Below are positions 27,426 through 37,691 of a stretch of DNA of 64,000 nucleotides, piece after piece. Position 1 is the stretch's first letter. Each line of letters begins with the position of its first letter. The stretch is taken from contig JBCCXD010000005.1 of the NCBI GenBank assembly GCA_039192165.1, positions 110,727 to 174,726 on the forward strand, given 5' to 3'. A program made the position numbers and the translations under genes. Origin of the DNA: Pseudomonadota bacterium. GTDB taxonomy: Bacteria > Pseudomonadota > Alphaproteobacteria > Rhodobacterales > Rhodobacteraceae. The notes beneath the pieces were generated by a model that saw nothing but the letters and a program-made list of their open reading frames with translations, had not been told where the DNA came from and did no database searches.

Positions 27426-28913
27426 CTACCACCAGCGCGCAGGCTTGGCCACAAATGCCGCAGCTCGCTCAAGCGCATAAGCGGTATTGAGCAGGTCCCC
27501 CTCTTCCCATGGGCGACCAATGAGCTGCAGCCCCAGGGGCAGACCCCGCTTGTCGAGACCAACAGGTACAGCGATCCCCGGCAGACCGGCAAGGTTCACG
27601 GTCACCGTAAAGACGTCGTTGAGGTACATTTGAACCGGGTCGGCATCCGACATCTCGCCAAGGCCGAACGCAGGGGACGGCGTAGCAGGTGTCAGGATCG
27701 CATCGATCCCCTCAGCAAACACGGTTTCAAAGTCCTGCTTGATCAGTGTCCGAACCTTTCTCGCACGGTTATAGTAGGCATCATAAAAGCCCGCCGAGAG
27801 CACATAGGTCCCAATCATGATGCGGCGCTGAACCTCGTTTCCGAAGCCCTCGGCCCGCGTTTTCTCGTACATCTCGGTGATGCCGTCGCCCTGGCTCAGT
27901 TTGGCTCGGTGGCCGAAGCGTACGCCATCGTACCGCGCAAGGTTTGAGGACGCCTCGGCCGGCGCAATCACGTAATATGCAGGTAGCGCGTATTTCGTGT
28001 GCGGCAGCGAGATGTCTCGAATCTCTGCGCCGGCATCGCGCAACATATCGGTGCCCGTGTGCCAGAGCGCTTCAATCTCGTCGGGCATGCCGTCCATGCG
28101 GTATTCTTTTGGGATCCCTATGATTTTGCCCTTGATGTCGCCAGTCAGCATCGCCTCAAAATCCGGCACGGGCAAATCAGCCGAGGTGCTGTCTTTTGGA
28201 TCGTGCCCGGCCATGGCCGACAGCATGATCGCCGCATCGCGCACATCTTTTGTCATGGGTCCCGCCTGGTCGAGCGACGAGGCAAACGCTACGATACCCC
28301 AGCGCGAACACCGCCCATAGGTGGGCTTCATCCCAGTAATGCCCACAAGCGCCGCCGGCTGACGAATGGATCCGCCGGTATCGGTGCCCGTTGCCGCCAA
28401 ACAGAGATCAGACGCCACAGCTGACGCCGAGCCGCCCGAAGAGCCACCCGGTGTCAGCGCCGTGTCATCGCCTTCGCGCCGCCAGGGATTTACGGCATTT
28501 CCATAAACTGAAGTTTCGTTCGACGAGCCCATTGCAAACTCGTCCATATTTAGCTTGCCCAGCATGACGGCGCCCGCAGAAAACAGGTTTGTCGTGACAG
28601 TACTTTCGTATTCCGGCTTAAAGCCTTCGAGAATGCCCGAGGCCGCTTGAGAGGGCACGCCCTCGGTGCAAAACAGGTCCTTGATACCAAGCGGGATGCC
28701 CGTCATCGACGCGTTCTCTCCGGCCGCGATCCGCGCGTCGGCGGCCTTGGCCTGCTGCAACGCAAGATCCGGGGTTTTGTGCACAAAAGCACCCAGCGCG
28801 CCCGCTGCTTCAATCTCTGCAAGACAAGCTTCTGTAAGAGCGACCGATGTCGTCTCGCCCGATTTCAATGCGTCCCGGGCCTCCGAGATCTTAAGCTTTG
28901 TCAGATCGGACAT
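27426..28913 (-). CDS. gatA: Asp/Glu-tRNA amidotransferase subunit A
   Basis: [34 protein letters not shown] amidase signature. Confidence 0.98.
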   Translation of the reverse strand: MSDLTKLKISEARDALKSGETTSVALTEACLAEIEAAGALGAFVHKTPDLALQQAKAADARIAAGENASMTGIPLGIKDLFCTEGVPSQAASGILEGFKPEYESTVTTNLFSAGAVMLGKLNMDEFAMGSSNETSVYGNAVNPWRREGDDTALTPGGSSGGSASAVASDLCLAATGTDTGGSIRQPAALVGITGMKPTYGRCSRWGIVAFASSLDQAGPMTKDVRDAAIMLSAMAGHDPKDSTSADLPVPDFEAMLTGDIKGKIIGIPKEYRMDGMPDEIEALWHTGTDMLRDAGAEIRDISLPHTKYALPAYYVIAPAEASSNLARYDGVRFGHRAKLSQGDGITEMYEKTRAEGFGNEVQRRIMIGTYVLSAGFYDAYYNRARKVRTLIKQDFETVFAEGIDAILTPATPSPAFGLGEMSDADPVQMYLNDVFTVTVNLAGLPGIAVPVGLDKRGLPLGLQLIGRPWEEGDLLNTAYALERAAAFVAKPARWW

Positions 28914-28916
28914 GCT

Positions 28917-29204
28917 CTATTCCACCACTTTGGGGACAGCAAAGAAGCCCTCCCGCGCGTCGGGCGCGTTCGAGAGAATTTTGTCCTGCTGATCGCCGTC
29001 GGTCACTATATCCTCGCGCCGCTTGAGACGCATAGGCGTGACTGAGGTCATAGGCTCTACATTCTCCACATCCACTTCCGCAAGCTGCTCGATGAAACCG
29101 AGAATGTCATTGAATTCCTGGGCAAGCGCGGGCAAAGCGTCGTCTTCCACTTTGATACGGGCGAGCTTCGCGACACGCCGCGCTGTCTCGATATCGATGG
29201 ACAT
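28917..29204 (-). CDS. gatC: Asp/Glu-tRNA amidotransferase subunit C
   Basis: VAKLARI...REDIVTDG...NAPDAREGFFAVPKVVE. Confidence 0.97.
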   Translation of the reverse strand: MSIDIETARRVAKLARIKVEDDALPALAQEFNDILGFIEQLAEVDVENVEPMTSVTPMRLKRREDIVTDGDQQDKILSNAPDAREGFFAVPKVVE

Positions 29205-29249
29205 GGATGTGGCTCCGTTTGGGGCACGAGAATTTTCGTCCCGGCGGGT

Positions 29250-29927
29250 TTACCCTCGTGCCGCCGCGCCCGCAAGACGCTCTGCGAGCCTGTGACGGCG
29301 ATAGACCTCGATCATCCAGCCAAGCATGATCCCGTTCAGAATATGCCACACAAAGTGAGTCCCCAAAGGCAAAGCAGAGCAAAGCGGTTCATCAACAGAC
29401 CTGAAGGTCAAGGATACAACCAGAATCCCTGCGCCTAGCGCCAAACCGCGCGCTGTGTCTGGAGCACGGTTCCTCAACAAGGCCGCATACGTCGCGATCA
29501 GCAGCGGGAGCGGCCAGTAGAACGAGGAAATTGCGAAGAAAGGTAAACTCTCGAACACAGGTGTCAGCAAAGCAGAGTACGGCAGGTAAGCGAGGGTCAG
29601 GGCAAGCGATGCCCAGAGTGGCAGGTTCCAGAAATGACGGTTGGCGGCAAATAAATAGAGCAGTGAAAACCCGATGATTGGCAGCACATCCGCGATCGCC
29701 GCCCAGACCTGCGCATGGGTGTGGAACAGATAGCTGCCCAGACCAATTGCAGCCAACAGGCCGCATAGTGCACTTGCCAAGGGCAATTTTTGGTCCCGGA
29801 CACGCGTCCACATAATATAGGCGGCGATGATAAAGGCTGCATTCGTAACCGCGTTTACCGGCTCAGCCCAGTAACTCGGGTCTACCCGTTCGCAATACCC
29901 GTCAGTCTGGCGCAGCAGGCCTTCCAT
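29250..29927 (-). CDS. Ceramidase-domain (CREST superfamily) membrane protein
   Basis: YCER...WAEPVNAVTN, GSYLFHT, DVLPI, GTHFVWH. Confidence 0.85.
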   Translation of the reverse strand: MEGLLRQTDGYCERVDPSYWAEPVNAVTNAAFIIAAYIMWTRVRDQKLPLASALCGLLAAIGLGSYLFHTHAQVWAAIADVLPIIGFSLLYLFAANRHFWNLPLWASLALTLAYLPYSALLTPVFESLPFFAISSFYWPLPLLIATYAALLRNRAPDTARGLALGAGILVVSLTFRSVDEPLCSALPLGTHFVWHILNGIMLGWMIEVYRRHRLAERLAGAAARG

Positions 29928-29980
29928 TCCAATCTCTCCTCGCTACTGTCGCACTTAGGAAAAACATGGGAGGAAACCAG

Positions 29981-30673
29981 ATGAAAATCACATGGATGGG
30001 CCATGCCAGCTTTCGGATCGAAATCGGGGATCAGATCCTGTTAATTGACCCATGGGTCACCGGCAACCCGGTCTTTCCAGAAGATTCTCGCGCGACAGCA
30101 GTTTCGGGCGCCACCCATATCCTGATCACGCACGGACACGGCGATCACGCCGCGGATGCGGTGGGCCTGTCGAAGGAACTCGGCGCACCCATTGTTGGAA
30201 TCTATGACCTGATGACATTCTGGGCTGAGGCTGAAGGCGTTGACGTCGTTGGATTCAACAAGGGTGGCACCGTAATGCTGGGCGAAGTAGCAGTGACAAT
30301 GGTGAATGCAGTGCATTCATCCTCCATTGGAACAAATCACGGACCGATGTACTCCGGCGCCGAGGCAGGGTTCATGATTAAAGGAGAAGGCAAGACAATC
30401 TATGTGTCCGGCGATACGGATGTGATGGCCGACATGAAGATCTTTAACGATCTGCACCACCCTGAAATCGGCATCCTTTGCGCGGGCGGGCATTTCACGA
30501 TGGATATGGCCAGGGCCGCCTATGCCGCGCGCACCTTCTTCGACTTCAAAACAGTGATTCCCTGTCACTACAAAACCTTCCCATTGCTCGAACAATCGGC
30601 CGAGGCTCTGCGCGACGGGTTGCCCGGTGTTGATGTGCGAACCCCAGAAGTGATGGAAATGGTCGAACTCTGA
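29981..30673 (+). CDS. Metallo-beta-lactamase fold hydrolase (UPF0173)
   Basis: ITWMGHASF, ITHGHGDH, YVSGDT, PCHY. Confidence 0.92.
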   Translation: MKITWMGHASFRIEIGDQILLIDPWVTGNPVFPEDSRATAVSGATHILITHGHGDHAADAVGLSKELGAPIVGIYDLMTFWAEAEGVDVVGFNKGGTVMLGEVAVTMVNAVHSSSIGTNHGPMYSGAEAGFMIKGEGKTIYVSGDTDVMADMKIFNDLHHPEIGILCAGGHFTMDMARAAYAARTFFDFKTVIPCHYKTFPLLEQSAEALRDGLPGVDVRTPEVMEMVEL

Positions 30674-30735
30674 AACGCGCCCGCGCGCGAGCCTGCGGCG
30701 CTGATATTTGAAGACATGAATGCAGCGAGCCCGGG

Positions 30736-31194
30736 TCAGTCCGCGCGGCGCTCCTGAAAGAACGCTTTCAGCAGAGCCTCTGCCTCGGCCGCAGCGATAC
30801 CGTCATAAACCTCAGGGACATGGTGGGTTTGCGGATGCGCAAAGACACGCGCACCTTGCGCAATTCCGCCCGATTTTGGATCGGCCGCTGCATAATAGAG
30901 TCGCGCGATGCGGGCATTTGAGATGGCCGCAGCGCACATGGCGCAGGGCTCGAGAGTGACATACAAGGCGGCCCCGGGTAAGCGCTCGGATCGCATAGCG
31001 GCACAGGCCGCGCGTAGGGCAAGAATTTCGGCATGCGCCGTGGGATCGCACAATTCGCGCATGCGGTTGCCAGCGCGCGCCAGCTCCCGACCCTTGGCGT
31101 CAAGGATCACGGCGCCAACGGGCACTTCGCCACGCGCGGCCGCTGCGCGCGCTTCCGCCAGTGCGATGTCCATATGGCTGCGAAATGGGCTCAT
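30736..31194 (-). CDS. tadA: Nucleoside deaminase, probably tRNA adenosine deaminase
   Basis: GEVPVGA, DPTAHAE, TLEPCAMC. Confidence 0.88.
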   Translation of the reverse strand: MSPFRSHMDIALAEARAAAARGEVPVGAVILDAKGRELARAGNRMRELCDPTAHAEILALRAACAAMRSERLPGAALYVTLEPCAMCAAAISNARIARLYYAAADPKSGGIAQGARVFAHPQTHHVPEVYDGIAAAEAEALLKAFFQERRAD

Positions 31195-31266
31195 ACACTG
31201 TGGTTGCGCGCTGGCGCGTGCGATGCAAGGGGTTTCCGAACCGTGTTGCGCAGGCTATGGCGAGGC

Positions 31267-32076
31267 ATGACTGACCCCAGCCCTTCTTCGGACCGCATCG
31301 CGAAATTTCTTTCGCGCGCCGGCGTTGCCTCGCGACGGGATGCCGAGCGCATGATTGCGGATGGTCGGGTGAAAGTGAATGGCAAACGGTTGGACAGCCC
31401 CGCGGTCAAAGTGACGGTCAAAGACAAGGTGGAGGTCGACGACACCGAGATTAGCCTGCCGGACGCTCCGCGCCTTTGGCGGTACCACAAGCCCACAGGT
31501 CTTGTGACGACAGCACGAGATGAAAAGGGCCGCAAAACAGTTTTTGACACCCTGCCCGACGAGTTGCCTCGCGTGATGTCGGTCGGGCGCCTCGATCTAA
31601 ATTCCGAAGGACTGCTGCTTTTGACCACAGATGGCGGGATCAAGCGACGGCTTGAGTTGCCGAAAACAGGATGGTTGCGCAAATACCGTGTGCGCGTCAA
31701 AGGAACGCCATCCGAAGGCGATCTGGCTGCGCTGCGTGCGGGGGTCGAGCTCGAGGGCGAACGCTTTCAGCCCATGGACGTGCGGCTTGACCGACAGCAA
31801 GGCGCAAATGCGTGGCTGACTATAGGGCTGCGCGAGGGAAAGAACCGTGAAATTCGGAGAGCGATGGAGGTGGTGGGCCTTGCCGTGAATCGCCTGATCC
31901 GCATCAGCTACGGTCCGTTCCGTCTGGGCGAGCTGAAGGCGGGGGAGATCGAGGAGGTTAAGGGCAAGGTTCTGCGCGAGCAACTGGGCCTCGACAAAGA
32001 TACTGCGACGATACCGGCAAAGCCTGCAAAAAAGCGACGTAGAAAAACGACAGCGCGGGGTGGAAACTCACGCTAA
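31267..32076 (+). CDS. rRNA pseudouridine synthase (RluB/RsuA family, S4 domain)
   Basis: RIAKFLSRAGVASRR, YHKPTG, VGRLDLNSEGLLLLT, EGKNREIRR. Confidence 0.92.
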   Translation: MTDPSPSSDRIAKFLSRAGVASRRDAERMIADGRVKVNGKRLDSPAVKVTVKDKVEVDDTEISLPDAPRLWRYHKPTGLVTTARDEKGRKTVFDTLPDELPRVMSVGRLDLNSEGLLLLTTDGGIKRRLELPKTGWLRKYRVRVKGTPSEGDLAALRAGVELEGERFQPMDVRLDRQQGANAWLTIGLREGKNREIRRAMEVVGLAVNRLIRISYGPFRLGELKAGEIEEVKGKVLREQLGLDKDTATIPAKPAKKRRRKTTARGGNSR

Positions 32077-32302
32077 ACCCGCTCGTCTAGGGGGAAAATC
32101 TATCTTCCGCGGGTCATGAAATCGCGCAAATCTGTGCTTATATCGAAAAGACGTTTCCGAACGGGCTATGCTGTGCCTGCGCCCGGGACTAGAGTGGCCA
32201 CAAGACATAAGGGGGCAATATGGTGAACGGCGGACTTGGGATGCTGGCCTTTGGTCTGCTGGCGGCTCTGATTCTCTATGTCGGTTTCGGCGGGGGATTT
32301 TC

Positions 32303-33199
32303 ATGAGCCAGCGCTTCGGCGGCAAATATAGTCCTGGCGGTCAACCGGCTTCCTCAAAGGGGCTGAGCCCGGCTGGACCAGCGGTAAACGCCCGGCGGAC
32401 GCGGCTCGGCGCGCGGTCAAACGCCATGTTCGTGCTGCCTCTTCCTTTCGCAATTTCCGCTTTCACAAAGGACGCGACGGGCCTGGCAATGATGCTCGCG
32501 GCTCTCGGCCTCATGTTGGGAGGCGCCTTTTTGTTGCGCGAAGGCCTTAAAGCTGAAGAGGCGTATGACGCCCGAAATGTTGCCAAACGCCCTGCGATAC
32601 CGAGGAAGATATTTGCAGCCGACCTTGCAGGGCTTGGGATCGGCCTTGCCGCATTCGCCAACGATGCTGGTTTGATCGGTGCGGTTGCTTTGGGCTTGGC
32701 AGGCATGGTTTTGCATCTTGCAGCCTTCGGGATCGACCCGCTCAAGGACAAAGGCGCAGAAGGTGTCGACGAATATCAGGCGGCCCGTGTGGCCCGCGTT
32801 GTGGACGAGGCCGAAAACTATCTGTCGGAGATGTCCGACGCGATCTTGCGCGCGCGGGAACGTCCGCTGGAACTTGCGGTCGAACAGTTCAAGACCTCGG
32901 CCCGGGCCCTGTGCCGGCAGGTGGAAGAAGATCCGCGAGACTTGGCGGCAGCTCGGAAATACCTGGGCGTCTATTTAATGGGTGCACGGGACGCGACTGT
33001 GAAGTTTGCTGATTTTTATGCCCAAAGCCGCGATCCGAAGGCCCGCGAGGATTACCTGGCGCTGCTGAAAGACCTGGAAACGAATTTTGCAGCCCGCCGG
33101 GAGGCACTTTTGCTGGACGACCGCTCCGATCTGGATGTGGAGATCGAAGTGCTGCGCGACCGGTTGGCGCAAGAAGGCATTAAACCAAAGTTTGAGTGA
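32303..33199 (+). CDS. 5-bromo-4-chloroindolyl phosphate hydrolysis (XpaC-like) family membrane protein
   Basis: N-terminal TM helices; C-terminal VEEDPRDLAAARKYLGVYLMGARDATVKF...DLDVEIEVL; directly upstream of telA. Confidence 0.75.
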   Translation: MSQRFGGKYSPGGQPASSKGLSPAGPAVNARRTRLGARSNAMFVLPLPFAISAFTKDATGLAMMLAALGLMLGGAFLLREGLKAEEAYDARNVAKRPAIPRKIFAADLAGLGIGLAAFANDAGLIGAVALGLAGMVLHLAAFGIDPLKDKGAEGVDEYQAARVARVVDEAENYLSEMSDAILRARERPLELAVEQFKTSARALCRQVEEDPRDLAAARKYLGVYLMGARDATVKFADFYAQSRDPKAREDYLALLKDLETNFAARREALLLDDRSDLDVEIEVLRDRLAQEGIKPKFE

Positions 33200-33216
33200 C
33201 CCAAGGGAGAGACCCG

Positions 33217-34395
33217 ATGTCTGAAGATGTACGCAGTAAGGCCGAGGCGGCCCTGAAAGAGGTTGAAGAGGTTACACTGAGCGTGCTTCCGGAACCAGAA
33301 CCATCTCTGGTGCCGCTTGAGGAGGCCCAGCCGCCGCTTGCGGAAAATATTCGCAAAGCGATGGGTGAGATCGACATGGGCGATACGCAGTCGATCGTGC
33401 GTTTTGGTTCGGGTGCGCAAGCAGAGCTTCAGGAAATCAGCCAAGCCATGCTTGCGGATGTCCGCAACAAAGACGTCGGCCCTGCGGGAGATAGTTTGCG
33501 CGACATTGTTTCGACCATCCGCGGGTTCTCGGTCGATGAGCTGGACGTCCGGCGAAAGCAGAGCTGGTGGGAAAAGCTCCTGGGCCGGGCCGCGCCGATG
33601 GCACAATTCGTAGCAAAGTATGAAGATGTTCAGGACCAAATCGACAAAATCACCGATAACCTTCTGAACCACGAACATACGCTGCTGAAAGACATAAAGT
33701 CGCTCGACAAGCTTTATGAGAAGACGTTGGGCTTTTACGATGAACTGGCGATCTACATTGCGGCCGGTCACGCAAAAATCGAGGAACTCGACAAGGAGAC
33801 GATCCCGGCCAAAGAGGCCGCGGTGGAGGCTGCAGCCGAAGACCAAAAGGTCATGGTGGCACAGGAGCTGCGTGACTTGCGCGCGGCGCGCGACGATCTG
33901 GAACGGCGGGTTCATGACCTCCGCCTGACACGTCAGGTCACAATGCAATCCCTTCCTTCGATCCGATTGGTTCAGGAAAACGACAAGAGCCTCGTCACCA
34001 AGATCAACTCGACACTCGTCAACACCGTCCCGCTTTGGGAGACACAGCTTGCGCAAGCGGTCACCGTGCAGCGCTCGCGTGAAGCCGCCGAGGCGGTGAA
34101 AGACGCCTCTGATCTGACAAATGAACTGCTGACAGCGAATGCCAAAAATCTGCGAGACAGCAACAGAATCGTGCGGCAGGAGATGGAGCGCGGGGTCTTC
34201 GACATCGAAGCGGTAAAGACCGCAAATGCCGAGCTTGTTGCCACGATCGAAGAAAGTCTGCAGATCGCAGACGAGGGCAAAGCGAAGCGGGCAGCCGCCG
34301 AAGAAGACCTGCATAAAATGGAAAGCGAGCTGCGCGATGCGCTTGCGGCAGCAAAATCCCGAGCGCCCGCTGCATCGGAGACCGGTACAACCTGA
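33217..34395 (+). CDS. Toxic anion resistance protein (TelA/KlaA family)
   Basis: Coiled-coil; QSLPSIRLVQENDKSLVTKINSTLVNTVPLWETQL; GGGAGA RBS. Confidence 0.9.
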   Translation: MSEDVRSKAEAALKEVEEVTLSVLPEPEPSLVPLEEAQPPLAENIRKAMGEIDMGDTQSIVRFGSGAQAELQEISQAMLADVRNKDVGPAGDSLRDIVSTIRGFSVDELDVRRKQSWWEKLLGRAAPMAQFVAKYEDVQDQIDKITDNLLNHEHTLLKDIKSLDKLYEKTLGFYDELAIYIAAGHAKIEELDKETIPAKEAAVEAAAEDQKVMVAQELRDLRAARDDLERRVHDLRLTRQVTMQSLPSIRLVQENDKSLVTKINSTLVNTVPLWETQLAQAVTVQRSREAAEAVKDASDLTNELLTANAKNLRDSNRIVRQEMERGVFDIEAVKTANAELVATIEESLQIADEGKAKRAAAEEDLHKMESELRDALAAAKSRAPAASETGTT

Positions 34396-35342
34396 TGCAG
34401 AAACCCACGCGTTATACTGCGTGGCGCCTAAGGACGTTTGCAACACTGGCCGCAGGCGTTCTGAGCGCCTGCGACCCGCTCTCGGGAGCCGGCCCTCGAG
34501 TCAGCCCGACACCTGAGCCGCGAACGGCGCCGCCTGCAACGTCGCAGGCATCCATGGACCTTACACGTTATTATACCCGGCTTGAACAGCGCCAGGTCGC
34601 GCAGGGCCTTCTGCGCACGGACGGGGGCGATGTCGATACGCCCTTCGATGCCCGGGATCTGGCACGAAATTTCGAGCGGATTGCGCTTTATGATGAATAC
34701 ACTTTGCTGGGCGGAAGGTTCGTAGCGCAGCAAAACGAAAGCCGGTTGCGGCGCTGGGAAACACCCATACGGGTGCAGCCCTATTTCGGCGAAAGCGTCT
34801 CACTGGAACAGCGGGCAGAGACCACACGCGAACTGAGCGCTTATGTGGACCGTCTTGCGGGAATTACCGGGGCGCCACTTGCCATGGCGACAGGTGTCGC
34901 CAACTTCCACGTTCTAGTTTTGAACGTGGACGAGATGGCCGCCTCGGAAGAGCTTATCAAATCGCTGATCCCGGGGGTTGGCCGAAACACAATTGAGTTC
35001 ATCACGACGATGCCGCGCTTTACAATGTGTTCGGTCAATGCATTCTCGGAAGACGACCGGTACGTCGCCGCATTGGTGGTGATCCGCGCTGAACACCCGG
35101 CGCTTTTGCGAAGTTCCTGCATTCATGAAGAAATCGCTCAGGGTCTCGGCCTTGCAAATGATAGTCCGACCGCACGGCCGTCAATTTTTAACGATGATGA
35201 CGAGTTTGCTTTGCTGACTGCGCAGGATGAATTGATGCTAAATATGCTCTATGACCCGCGCCTGTCGCCGGGCATGACACCCTCAGAGGCGCGCCCGATG
35301 ACCAAGCAGATCGCTGCAGAGCTTCTGGGCGAGACGAGTTGA
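34395..35342 (+). CDS. DUF2927 lipoprotein
   Basis: Lipobox LSAC; LRRWETPIR, CIHEEIAQGLGLAND, SIFNDDDEF. Confidence 0.85.
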   Translation: MQKPTRYTAWRLRTFATLAAGVLSACDPLSGAGPRVSPTPEPRTAPPATSQASMDLTRYYTRLEQRQVAQGLLRTDGGDVDTPFDARDLARNFERIALYDEYTLLGGRFVAQQNESRLRRWETPIRVQPYFGESVSLEQRAETTRELSAYVDRLAGITGAPLAMATGVANFHVLVLNVDEMAASEELIKSLIPGVGRNTIEFITTMPRFTMCSVNAFSEDDRYVAALVVIRAEHPALLRSSCIHEEIAQGLGLANDSPTARPSIFNDDDEFALLTAQDELMLNMLYDPRLSPGMTPSEARPMTKQIAAELLGETS

Positions 35343-35358
35343 CCGAAAGGACAGTCCC

Positions 35359-36477
35359 ATGAACATATTCGATTTCCTATCTGGCCAGTTCATCGACGTT
35401 ATCCATTGGGTCGATGACAGCCGCAATACTATGGTATGGCGCTTCGAACGTCACGGTCACGAAATCAAATACGGCGCCAAACTGACAGTGCGCGAAGGCC
35501 AGGCTGCAGTCTTTGTGCACGAAGGTGTTCTGGCGGATGTCTTTACACCAGGTCTTTACATGCTTGAGACCAACAACATGCCGATCATGACCAACCTGCA
35601 GCATTGGGATCACGGCTTCCGGTCTCCCTTCAAATCCGAGATATATTTCGTCAATACAACCCGTTTTAATGATCTGAAATGGGGCACCAAAAACCCAATA
35701 ATGCTGCGTGACCCCGAATTTGGGCCGACGCGTATCCGGGCCTTCGGGACCTACAGTGTCAGAGTAACCGACCCCGCGCGGTTCCTGACTGAGATTGTGG
35801 GCACCGATGGAGAATTCACCTCGGACGAGATCACATTCCAGATCCGCAACATCATCGTGCAGGAATTCAGCAGGGCGATCGCGGCCTCTGGTGTACCGGT
35901 GCTCGATATGGCGGCGAATACGCGCGAACTTGGCAAGCTCGTGGCTGACGCGATTTCTCCTCAGATCGCGGAATACGGGATGACTGTGCCCGAACTCTAT
36001 ATAGAGAACATATCGCTGCCTCCTGCGGTAGAGGCCGCGCTCGACAAGCGGACCTCTGTAGGGATTGCCGGTGATCTGGGTCGCTACACACAATTCTCAA
36101 CAGCGGAGGCTATGACCGAAGCCGCCCGCGCTGGTGGTGACAGCGGTATGGGGGCCGGCATCGGCGCAGGCATGGGCATGGCCATGGGCGCGCAGATGGC
36201 CTCGGGCCCCTGGGGCGCCAGACCAGCGGCGGCGGCGGCTGCGCCAATGGCTCCCCCACCGCCCCCAGTTGAACACGTCTGGCACATTGCGGAAGCCGGG
36301 CAGACCAAGGGGCCGTTTTCCAAGGCCGATATGGGACGGATGGCTGCCGAGGGTGAGCTGACACGGCAGAGCCATGTCTGGACACCCGGGCAGGATGGAT
36401 GGATGCGGGCAGAGGATGTCCAAGAACTGGCGCAACTCTTCACGGTGCTGCCGCCACCTCCGCCACCGGCTGGCTGA
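35359..36477 (+). CDS. SPFH/Band-7 domain protein with C-terminal GYF_2 domain
   Basis: IKYGAKLTVREGQAAVFV, FNDLKWGT, RAFGTY; C-terminal WHIAEAGQTKGPF...VWTPGQDGW. Confidence 0.88.
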   Translation: MNIFDFLSGQFIDVIHWVDDSRNTMVWRFERHGHEIKYGAKLTVREGQAAVFVHEGVLADVFTPGLYMLETNNMPIMTNLQHWDHGFRSPFKSEIYFVNTTRFNDLKWGTKNPIMLRDPEFGPTRIRAFGTYSVRVTDPARFLTEIVGTDGEFTSDEITFQIRNIIVQEFSRAIAASGVPVLDMAANTRELGKLVADAISPQIAEYGMTVPELYIENISLPPAVEAALDKRTSVGIAGDLGRYTQFSTAEAMTEAARAGGDSGMGAGIGAGMGMAMGAQMASGPWGARPAAAAAAPMAPPPPPVEHVWHIAEAGQTKGPFSKADMGRMAAEGELTRQSHVWTPGQDGWMRAEDVQELAQLFTVLPPPPPPAG

Positions 36478-36485
36478 GATATGTA

Positions 36486-37610
36486 ATGTCCGAAACAGCG
36501 CCTCCGCCTGCCCCTCCGGTTGAAGAGCATCGCTTCCCCTGCGATGCCTGCGGCGCTGATTTCCGTTTTGATCCGGGGCGCGACCGTTTGGTTTGCGATC
36601 ACTGCGGTAACACGCAGGCCTTAGACGTGGCAGGCCCGTGGGCCGCCCGCGCGGCTTTGCGCGAGATCGACTATCAAACCGCTGTTCAGGAAGGTTTCTC
36701 GGGCAGCACGGAAGAGGAAATTACCCGCGTCCTTTCCTGCAGAAATTGCGGTGCTCAGGTGGAGTTTCAGCCCGAGGTCCACGCAAAAGAGTGCCCGTTC
36801 TGCGCCACCCCCGTCGTCACAGACACAGGCGAGCACCGGCATATCAAACCCGCCGCCGTGGTTCCGTTTGCTCTGTCGGAAGAGGCGGCCAAGGCCGCGA
36901 TGACAGAATGGCTCGGGCGTCTCTGGTTTGCGCCGTCGGGGTTGCAGGAATACGCACGGAAAGGTCGACGCATGAATGGGATCTATGTGCCGTACTGGAC
37001 CTATGACGCGCGCACGCAGAGCCAGTATCGCGGCCAACGCGGCACAGTCTACTACGTAACGGCTTCGCGAATGGTAAACGGAAAGCGGGTGCAGACGCGC
37101 GAGGCCAGAGTGCGCTGGCGCCTGGCTTCCGGACGCGTTGCGCGCGCGTTTGATGATGTGCTGGTGCTGGCGGCTCGGAGTCTTCCTAAGAAGTTCACCG
37201 ACGCCCTCGCACCCTGGGATTTGTCCGACCTGATACCTTACACGCCCGAGCCGCTGGCCGGATTTCGCGCCGAAGGCTATACCGTGTCTTTGGACGATGG
37301 GTTGGGAGAAGCGCGGGCCCATATGGACCGCGTGATTGCGCGCGATGTGCGCATGGATATTGGCGGCGACCGACAACGCATCGACGCCATCGAAACGCGT
37401 GTATCTGACGTAACCTTCAAGCACATTTTGCTGCCGGTCTGGGTGGCTGCGTATCGCTACGGGGGCAAGAGTTACCGGTTTGTCGTAAACGGCCAGGACG
37501 GAAAAGTGGCCGGCGAACGTCCTTTCTCGGCGATAAAAATCGCACTTGCAGTCATCGCCGCGATGATCGTGGGGGCCGCAATTGCCTATTTGGCCGGGCA
37601 GCAGCCCTAA
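36486..37610 (+). CDS. Zinc-ribbon membrane protein (four CxxC pairs, C-terminal TM helix)
   Basis: CDAC, CDHC, CRNC, CPFC; YVPYWTYD; C-terminal hydrophobic helix. Confidence 0.8.
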   Translation: MSETAPPPAPPVEEHRFPCDACGADFRFDPGRDRLVCDHCGNTQALDVAGPWAARAALREIDYQTAVQEGFSGSTEEEITRVLSCRNCGAQVEFQPEVHAKECPFCATPVVTDTGEHRHIKPAAVVPFALSEEAAKAAMTEWLGRLWFAPSGLQEYARKGRRMNGIYVPYWTYDARTQSQYRGQRGTVYYVTASRMVNGKRVQTREARVRWRLASGRVARAFDDVLVLAARSLPKKFTDALAPWDLSDLIPYTPEPLAGFRAEGYTVSLDDGLGEARAHMDRVIARDVRMDIGGDRQRIDAIETRVSDVTFKHILLPVWVAAYRYGGKSYRFVVNGQDGKVAGERPFSAIKIALAVIAAMIVGAAIAYLAGQQP

Positions 37611-37691
37611 ACTGACGCGCCTTGTCGAAGCTCTGGAATATTCCTTAAATCTGGACAAGGGTAGCGCAAACACTGGCGGGGGTTTCAGACG

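Noticed and set aside
33052-34446. 464 aa antisense ORF opposite telA
   Set aside because: Mirror of the strongly biased telA codons; no family motifs
36486-37610. Helicase / primosomal protein N' identity for the zinc-ribbon protein
   Set aside because: No Walker A or DExH motifs; only CxxC ribbons and a TM anchor
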